From positions 515,267-579,266 of the forward strand of contig RHPI01001116.1 of assembly GCA_009103225.1 (NCBI GenBank): 64,000 nt of DNA. Direction: 5' to 3'. The position numbers and the translations under genes were made by a program. Positions 52,691 through 61,260 of the stretch are shown here, one piece after another. This DNA comes from Chlorokybus atmophyticus (Eukaryota > Plantae > Mesostigma and Chlorokybus algae). Within the stretch, counting starts at the first letter, position 1. Each line of letters starts with the position of its first letter. The notes beneath the pieces are model-generated. The model saw nothing but the letters and a program-made list of their open reading frames with translations. It was not told the DNA's origin and ran no database searches.

Positions 52691-54117
52691 GCCGGAAGCC
52701 TAAGCCTCAGCTGGCACAGACAGCCCGGCGCAGGCACTAAACACACACCTTCAACACTCTCAAACCTCGTTTCACACTGCAAGGTAAGCAAGCACAGTTT
52801 ACTGAACGTATGTTGGCAACCGCACATACTGCCTTGCAAGCACGTGACATAGCAGCTAACAAAGCAGTTGCAGGCTGCCTTTCAGGCCGGCTGTAGGCTT
52901 CCTGGGGCTCATGCTGGAACGCTCAAACAGCCACAAGTAGCTTACCTGCTCGCCGAAAGTAAAGCGCGACCACCAGTTAAACAACTCACACGTCCAGCTG
53001 GCTGGCTGTGCAGCGCAGGCAACAATCACGCAGGAGTACAAAGGGACACGCTTTCAGCAGGAAGCAAGACAGACGCCTTGTCACTGCAGTGAACAAGCTC
53101 CAAACCTGGCCGTCCCGCTAAACTTGAGCAACGGTCTCCTCCGCACCGCCGCCGCCGCTGATGACGCTACTCGTACGCGGTGGAGGTGACACGTGTCGTA
53201 AGTATGTTAGCAGCTGACTGCGCCGACTGTCAACTCGGCTGCGCCGACCGTCGGCGTCCTGCAATTACAATATGGGTAACGGCCATCAAACAAATGGTTT
53301 ATGGCCAATGCATCGTGGGGTAGTTTGTGCTAGTAGGCCCCTTGCAATGTCAACCCCTTGATGCTTGGTAAATCAATTGCAATACGGGTGATGATTCAAT
53401 GTATCAAGCATAATGGCGACATTGCAAGTAATTCATTGCCAATTAATACGCAAAGTTGATAAATTGTGTCGTTGGGATTACAGTAATGGGTTGCAAGTTA
53501 TGCATACCAAGTTATGGTCTTCATGCCATGCCATGCATGATAATCATAACAAAAATACTTTTTACACACTAATAGTATTCGTAATTATTCGGCTGTTGAC
53601 CATGTTTGATGACGCAGTAACTATAGTGTGTAATCAATTAGCGTTAAAGGGTAGAGTGGATTAGTTAGAACAAGGGTGAGTAGTGGCGGCATGTCTTTGG
53701 GGTATGGGGCCTGCCCCGACCTCGTACCGTCAGAAACGCGGCCGTTTTAACCACTAACTGTGCCGCAATTACACTAAATCCCTAGCAATTTGGGTCGCCG
53801 TTGGTAAGCGGTTGCCGCTGAGATATTTTTCAGCATCTTTTACGCATCTTTGCAATGATTGGCCATTTTGCTGCCTTTTTGAGCAACTGGCTGTTGTCAC
53901 CGTTGCGATCCCATTTGGTCAATCTCATGCGTGACCAAATGGTGGCCTAACGATGCGATTTTTCGTTTAGTTGAATCTTAACGTTAAGGTGTTTCAGGTT
54001 AGCATTATTTTGATAATTGTAACCTCGGTATTATTAACTGCGTATTGCAGCACGTACCGTGGCGTGAACGTTACGTTGATTATTAAGTTTTGAAGCACTT
54101 AACAGCATTTGCTAATC

Positions 54118-54470
54118 ATATCGCACCATGTTGCACCATATTGCACCATATTGTACCATACTTATCAATATTATTAATGTAAAACACCAAAATGATCAAC
54201 ATGCAGCCATAAGCGGCCATGTATGCAGTACTGTGCTTAATTTACATTTATTGGCATGCGCTTAAACAATTGGATGTATTTTGGACGGCCAGGATCGTGT
54301 TTGAGCAGATCTAACGGTGTACCGCTTGTTCTCGCCGCCTAGCCAATGAGAAGCAGGCGGGCCGCACATACTGCCGCGCAGCCCTGCAGTCGCGGGTGCC
54401 GTGTGATGGCCCTAGCGCGGGATGTGTGATGTAGGGTAAATGCCGATAGGCCGGCCGGCCCGACCAATAG
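54118..54470 (+). repeat. Module R1 (~350-bp direct repeat, begins with CATATTGCAC 10-mer array)
   Basis: Aligns by eye with 55304-55652 along its length (AAAATGATCAA.ATGCAGCCATAAGCGGCCA...TTTGGACGGCCAGGATCGT...AGATCTAACGGTGTA...CTCGCCGCCTAGCCAATGAGAAGC). Confidence 0.92.
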
Positions 54471-54479
54471 GCGTGATGG

Positions 54480-55262
54480 GCGTAATGAATCTGCGCTTAT
54501 AGCATATATATGCTCTTAACGTTCAAGAGCATAACCCTGCCAAGAGCATACGACTTTTGAGGATAATAGTATGCTCTTACAAAGGGTAGAGTATATAGTC
54601 TACCACCGTTAAAAGACTTCGGTATGAGAATAACCCCGTTGAGATCATAGATTTGCAAAAGACCAATGGTTTTACAGGCAAATGTCATCGCTAACTGGAA
54701 TAGTTTTGTACGCAATAAGACTACAACGGAGGGTTAATCTTTTAGTGAGCTCAGTCTTGTTACGGGGGAATACCTCGTTAATAGCATGTTTATTTTAATA
54801 TTATAAGCATAAACATATATATAGACTCATATATATATATAGTTACGTACATACTACTAGTAATCAATTTATTGTTGACTATTGTTGATTTAATTTATGC
54901 CACGTTACAATATAATAACGTGGCTTACGGTTATTTCGCAATGCCCCTGTTAGTAAAATATATATTATGTAAAGAATAAAATAGTATATATTATTGTAAA
55001 AGCCAAGAGAATAACCCCGTTGATGGAATGAAAGCTGAAAAATACACGTGATTTGTATAGCGCAGGTAGACTGTACAGTTAAGGTACATAGTTGTACCTA
55101 ATTACATAAAAGCATTTATTGTACAATCTACCCCTTTTTATAGCATACTGTTTATTTTTAAAGATAGTTTGCTCCTGGCGAGGTTATGCTCTTGACGATA
55201 AATAGCGTAATATGCTCTTAAACATTAAGAGCATTTGTATGCTATAAAGCAGTTTAATACGC
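54480..55262. mobile_element. MITE/foldback element with ~110-130-bp imperfect terminal inverted repeats
   Basis: The left end TTATAGCATATATATGCTCTTAACGTTCAAGAGCATAACCCTGCCAAGAGC...AGTATGCT...AAAGGGTAGA matches the reverse complement of about 55125-55250. AT-rich, no ORF. No TSD identified. Confidence 0.78.
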
Positions 55263-55303
55263 TTGATTATTATGTTTTTGAAAGCTTAACTGCAGGTTGC
55301 TAG

Positions 55304-55652
55304 CCATATTGCACCATATTGCACCATATTGCAACAGATGTGCTTCATTTTGCAACACATCAGCGTATCAACATGTATCATTGTATCTCCATGCTTATCA
55401 ATACACATAAAAATGATCAATATGCAGCCATAAGCGGCCACGTATGCAGTGTTGTGCTAAAATTTACAATTTCTGGCATGCGTTTAACCAATTGCAGATG
55501 CTTTGGACGGCCAGGATCGTAGACAGATCTAACGGTGTAACGCATGTACTCGCCGCCTAGCCAATGAGAAGCCGGGCCGCACATACTGCCGCACAGCCCG
55601 GCAGTCGCGGGTGCCGTGTGATGGCCCGATGGCCCGAAAACAGCCGCACCAT
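55304..55652 (+). repeat. Module R2 (direct copy of R1)
   Basis: See R1. Confidence 0.92.
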
Positions 55653-55794
55653 TTGATATCTCCGCACGTAACGTGGCAGAAACGTTAGTACTTAATGTAT
55701 TATCTTAATACATGTGGGACATGTTCAGATCATATAAGCCATGTGAAACTATCAATATATTATGTATAAACTAGCGGTGCGGCTGATTGGGCGA

Positions 55795-55890
55795 CAGATC
55801 GAACGGCCGATACCTATTGACGCCTAACCAATGAGAGGCAGGCAGGCCGCGCAGCTCGGCAGTCGCGGGTGCCGTATGTAACTGGGCCGT
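55795..55890 (+). repeat. Module R3 (partial copy of R core)
   Basis: CAGATCGAACGG...CGCCTAACCAATGAGAGGCAGG...CGGCAGTCGCGGGTGCCGT. Confidence 0.75.
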
Positions 55891-56558
55891 CGTGCGTGGT
55901 GCGCGGTGATGTGTCTGGGTACACTATGCTGGTCGGCCCAGTCACAACAAATCTCGCCGAATGATAGGCGACGCGCGGCTTTGCAGCATATGGCGTCACT
56001 TGATCACATATCGTATGATGTGCTAGCATACGGCATCATATGTCGCGATATGCTCTACAGCATATGTTGGATATCACACATATGGTATCCTGCGTGGAAT
56101 GCGCTTCAGTTCAGGTCAATCAAACATGATTTTTTTTTTTTTTTCGGTTCCGTCATATTAACTGAGGTTATCCGTCACATTTTAACTGAACTCTGCCAAT
56201 CAAACACTTACGACATGCCATGCGATATCGCACCATATCGTTCCATATCATAACATGTGTTGTCACAGCGGACATATGCCGGCACATGATGTCATATGAC
56301 GTAATATGGCGCGGCGTCGCTGGACATCGTGAGTTCCCTGTGCAACATGTTAACAGAGATTCAGTCAAACTGTGGTTCGTGCGTAATGTGTCCTGCGTAT
56401 GATGGGATATCATACGCGCCCGGGCGATATGATCGATGACTACCACGGCCCGGAAACCAAGTTGCATGCAAGCTCTTGGACAGCAGTGACGCCAAGATTG
56501 TCGAGCTTAGCGGCCGCGTTGTTCGTTTGTGCATTGCGTCGTCTTCTTTCTCAGGTCC

Positions 56559-58714
56559 ATGGCGGGTTCTCGGCGTGTTGCCACCTTCGAAAATTACTTC
56601 GTCCGTTGCATCTATGGCTGCAACCTCACGGGCCTACACAAAGGCTGGATCGCCAGAGTGGGAGTGCAAAATTTCAGGTCTCACCTTACTAGCGGTGTTC
56701 ACAAGGACGCCTTCAATGCATTAACACGCCAACAGCAAGACGACTTGCTGAAGTACTGGTTGGATCTGGTGAGTCCTGCATGGTAGCATGCATTGTGCAT
56801 GTTTGAATAGTAAACTGTTCCACAGCTTGAGAGTTCAACAATGCGCAATGTCACTGTCAATTTACTTTGAGTGCATGTTGCTGTTTGCATAATGGCACAT
56901 GGGATGGACTTATGTGGGATTGTAATCATCTATGTACTTGTTGCCACTTAGGGTCGGGCTGCAGTGGCACGACACAACTTCAATCCTACTGTGGGTGCCT
57001 TTATGCCAGTTGCTGGAACGTGGCCTTTGCAGCAACCAACCCCCCTGCCACCGTCGCTGCATGATGTTCTGCACCCTGTCGAAATCTTATACGATCCTAA
57101 TCTTATTGAAGACTCCAATGCCAGTGCCTTGACGGTGCCCACAGGTATGTGACTGCTTCGTGGTGACATTAACGGTTTCATTGAATGCATGTATCCCAAC
57201 AGGTCTTCGTGTGACTCCGTCTAAGCGCCGTAGGAATTTGTCTATGGCGCCTGATACTCCCACCACGTCTTATGTCACTGACGCTGAAACAGGTGATCAA
57301 TGTCATCGTTGCAGAGGTTCCCACCTGATCGGTGAATTATATGAACGCAGGGGAAGCAATGCCGCGGTTGCCAACTCACCAATTTACACCTGAGCTTATG
57401 CGTGCTGCTATCGACACCTTCAGTGGCCACCTGACTCGTGAAGTACAAAACAACGCTCGTCTACAAAACGAAAGTAAGGGAAATTGTGGCATTGTTTTGA
57501 CACACACCACTGATGGCATTGTTGGCAGATTTCAAACTAGTTGACGAGAACACAGTCCTTCGCGAGCGTAACCTGAAGCAAGCAGAGCAGCTACGCCGCA
57601 ACCAGACACAGCCTGATCCCCAGATCGCTGCAAAGCTGTTGAAAATGATCAGTGAAATCAATGGTCTGCGTGCAGGCCATGCTGCTGCAGAACAACGCTC
57701 TGCTGACCTGGAGCGTGCATTACACGAAGAGCGTGCTGAGCACGTTAAAATGACAGAAAGTGTCAAAAACGCAGACGCAGCAAGCATCGTGGGTTTACGC
57801 AAGCAGCTGACAGAAGTTCAGCGCAGGGCCACACAGTTGCAGCAACACAATGAGCGTAATGATGCAAGATTGGCGCGCCTGCAATGCCAGATTGGAGAAT
57901 CCAACCAGACAATTGCTGCACACAAAAAAAGGTGTGTGTTGCTACACTGTTAGATTTTCCAGCAACTGACTTTCTGTTGTAGATCTCAGAGTTGACAAGC
58001 GTCCTGCGTCTTCAAACGGCAAACTGGCGATTTCGTGAGCGTGTTGAACCCAATGGCGTGCAGTTCGAGAGCTTCCAGCAGGAACTGGAAGTCACCAGAA
58101 AGGAGTTGGACAGCTTGGCAAAATACATGTTGAAAGAGATCGACCTTGACGGACAGGTACTGAACAATTACAATTATGACAATTATCAACAAATGCAACA
58201 CCTTGGTGTTCATTGGTTGGTGTGCCAGGTATCGCTCCTCAATCGCAGAGATGTTAAAAGGCAGCTGCAACTGCAACTATACCAAACACTCTGGGAGAAG
58301 CTTTGTACCTACCTCTGCACAGTTGCCCCGTTGCTGCGTGAAGCAGCAACAACCGAAGAAATGCAGCAACATGTGCGCCAGGACTACAAGGGCAAGCGCG
58401 TGGTAGACAGTGAAGACAACACATGCGGGATCTGTTGCGAGCAGAAGCCAGTGGAAGTGTTGTTACCAATGCCATGTTGCGGAGCTACACTGTGCCGTCA
58501 GTGCTTGAAGAAGCTGCGCACAGGATCTCACCCTCAAGTTGAGTGTCCTTTCTGCCGCCGCTTTCAACTTATTTTTATGCAGCGCCCACCACGTGGTGTA
58601 GAGCTCCCCGATTTCCCTGTATATGAACTCAGCAGCAGTGACGATGATGAGGATGTTGACACACACAATACCGGTGCTGCTGGCGCTGGGCCTTCGCAGC
58701 CACCCCCCCCCTGA
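56559..58714 (+). CDS. Spliced gene: N-terminal C2H2-like Zn finger, coiled coil, C-terminal RING finger and acidic tail (possible 1-nt frameshift at the A7 run near 57924)
   Basis: Exon 1 reads MAGSRR...RCIYGC...FRSHLTSGVH. GT-AG exons are phase-consistent through a long heptad-rich exon. The RING is CGICC...PCCGATLCRQC...CPFCR, followed by VYELSSSDDDED. The junction at 57931/57984 is off by one base. Confidence 0.72.
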
Positions 58715-59035
58715 GTAGACCTGTATCATGGAACCCATTTTGCTTGTGTGTTAACATGACGCACAGGGAACTCACAATGTCCATTGACGTCGCGCGACAT
58801 TTTGCCATATCTTGCTATATGATATCATATGTTGGCATATCAATCGCTGGGTCACCATATGTTATGATATGGAATGGCATGGGGCAGTGTCGCATGACGA
58901 GTTCTTGCATACGTAGCATACGTACATTTATGAAGCTCACCACCAATATGCACCCATTGATTATATCGACACCAAAGCATGGTGTCACACAAACTGTCCA
59001 ACACACATGGTGACCTACTCAAACAGCAGCCAGTT

Positions 59036-59388
59036 TCACTCTTTTTTCTTTTTCTTATTGCCAAAACCGCTACCACTACGTAGGCGCGCCCAAAATGCTT
59101 TGAACCTCGCTGGGTTGCCTTCATCCATATTGTAACCTTTGCACCCTCGAGAGTCGTATTGGGCGATATACATAGCTTCTAACCAATCTATTCGCGCCTT
59201 GCAATGTCCTTTATCTAATACTTCCAACTGCACTTGCTCTTCAAAAGGTTTACTGCTATCTAAGTCAGGCAACATTTTCTTAGGCGGGTGTCTACGATGT
59301 TCCTTATAACGTCGACCTGGGTGGTTACTTTGACCGATATATACTTTCTGTGTTGCCACATGCGTCAACTTGTAGATAAACTTCACAC
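59036..59388 (-). CDS. GIY-YIG endonuclease domain (no in-frame upstream ATG)
   Basis: GVKFIYKLT...KVYIGQS...RRYKEH...LEAMYI...KGYN has the Y, YIG, R, H, E and N signature residues. Confidence 0.85.
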
Positions 59389-59394
59389 CTGTGT

Positions 59395-60533
59395 TTATGG
59401 GTTGCGCACGTTTTTTGAGTTACGTGCAGAGGCGCGAATGTTGGTGTTGGCATTGATGCTGTTTCTTGCTGCCAAGGATCGCAGGATCATCTGGACCTCA
59501 TCGTTTACCTGCAAAGAACAATGGTACTATGAATGCTGCAGTACACATCCGAGATTGATGTTGAATATGGAACATATATGCGTAGCGAAGTAGAAGCAAG
59601 GCAACAGACCACGGGTACAGGATATGAACAAAGGGAGCCAATGCAAAAACAGAAGTGTAACAAAAGATGGAGCGACTGCATGGGTTCTGGCTTGATGTGC
59701 CCATTGTTGTTGAACTCTGCTACGCAACCATAGCATTCTCACGCATCGCGACTAATCTTGGCAAGCACAGTAATCCCATCATCAACTTGGATAACCACAC
59801 ACCTCATTGGCAGCAACATTTGCTACTGGAGCTTCCCTTGGGTCTGCTTTGTTGATTTGCTCAATGATTTTTTCTGCCTTTCCTTGCGACATGAAACGCG
59901 CTGTCTCCCAGTTGCAAACTTTGCGAATGTGAACCAGCTCGAACACCTGTGAAACATCTGTTAAGTACAGGTATTTGGCCAATGACCCAGTGTCACATTG
60001 ATACATACCTGATTAGCGTAAATTGGCTCTGCATTATCAGGAAGCTCTGGGTTGTCCTTGCGCATCAGAGTGTCCCACAGCTTGTAAGCTACTTGGCGCT
60101 TCAGGTCATCAGCAATGTCGATGCCGAGCTTCCTGAGGTAGTAGATGCATGTTCCTACACATACTTGCATCAGTTAACACATGCACCACAGTGTGTCAGT
60201 GTACATTTTCCGCTTCTCACCAGTTGCAATAGAGTCCCCGTGGTTTATGCGAAACTCTTGAGCTCTTTCTTTGGCAGGGCGAATTAACTTATCGGCCTCT
60301 GGCTTGGTGAATAGCCCCTCGAGCTTGTCGGGAGTGATTCCTGCTGAGTCACATGCTACCAGTTGTTTCGCTGTCAGCGGACGACCAGGCGCATCACCTC
60401 CAGAGCTACTGGTACGTGGACGCTTAGAGCCAGGTTCGTCATTGGAAATTTGAGCGTGGAGCCTCTCGAACAGGTCTTTTCCGTTAAAGTCCATGCTGTC
60501 AACCAAGTGCATTGTCAATGTAACGCTCGCCAA
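59395..60533 (-). CDS. Unknown 4+-exon gene between RepHel and GIY-YIG (5' end not resolved)
   Basis: Phase-compatible GT-AG exons: ...DLFERL...KRPR...RPLTAKQLVACDSAGITPDKLEGLFTKPEADKLI...KRKM|KLGIDIADD...YANQ|VFELVHIRKVC...AANE|VNDEVQMILRSL...RNP*. Confidence 0.6.
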
Positions 60534-61260
60534 CTAATGACTCACAGGTTCGAGATCAAACAAAGGCCAACTGAGCCTCGTTGTTACCTGTGTCTGGCTG
60601 AGGTGACAGTTTCCGACGATGGGCAGGTGTCTGAGGCAGGTGATGCGACAGGCATGTATGCACAGCGCCCTGCGACTTGATGTTTCAACTGGTGTACATT
60701 TACAGCAGCGCTAGATATATTGCCAATGTATATCTGCGTGGCAAGGAAAAGGGTCTGTGTCGGCAGAACACCACGTGCTAAGCCATGCTGCCATGCGATT
60801 GGTCAGAAGAGTTGATGGGATGGAGGAGATGATTGCATACAAAGCATGGTTGGATGACGGGTGATACGGCAATCAACTGAATGTGCCATGTCATCAAACC
60901 GTACATGCGTACAGTGTGGTCATGAGATGCAGTTCATCTTACGCGATATGGTTCCATATTGTCAAACATGGAACCATATAACGCAATGTTTTGCAACATC
61001 GTTCATTCATGCACAAACATCATGCGATATCCGTTGATATCAAACAACGTTGCGCAACAGCGTACCATGAAGCCTAAAGCAATATCGTCCAACTTGGCAG
61101 CATGTAGTGCAATGTTGTGCAACATCGATCTAACATGCTCAAACACTCGCGATATGCGTCGATATCAAACAACGTTGCGCAACATCGTATCATATCGCCA
61201 AATGATGCAACATATGTCACACCATTGCGCAACACTAACTGGACTTACCAATTATCAACG

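Noticed and set aside
53644-53660. TTAA|AGGGTAG as a Kolobok-like transposon end
   Set aside because: No convincing matching inverted end was found by eye.
55566-55630. R core as an HDV-like or twister ribozyme
   Set aside because: It lacks the HDV L3 (UCC/UUC..CG) with P1.1 and the twister L4 consensus. Kept only as an unknown structured element.
60946-60979. Hairpin as the canonical Helitron 3' terminus
   Set aside because: No CTRR at the expected distance on the minus strand (CTGC is found instead) and the loop is long. Not excluded for non-canonical Helitrons.
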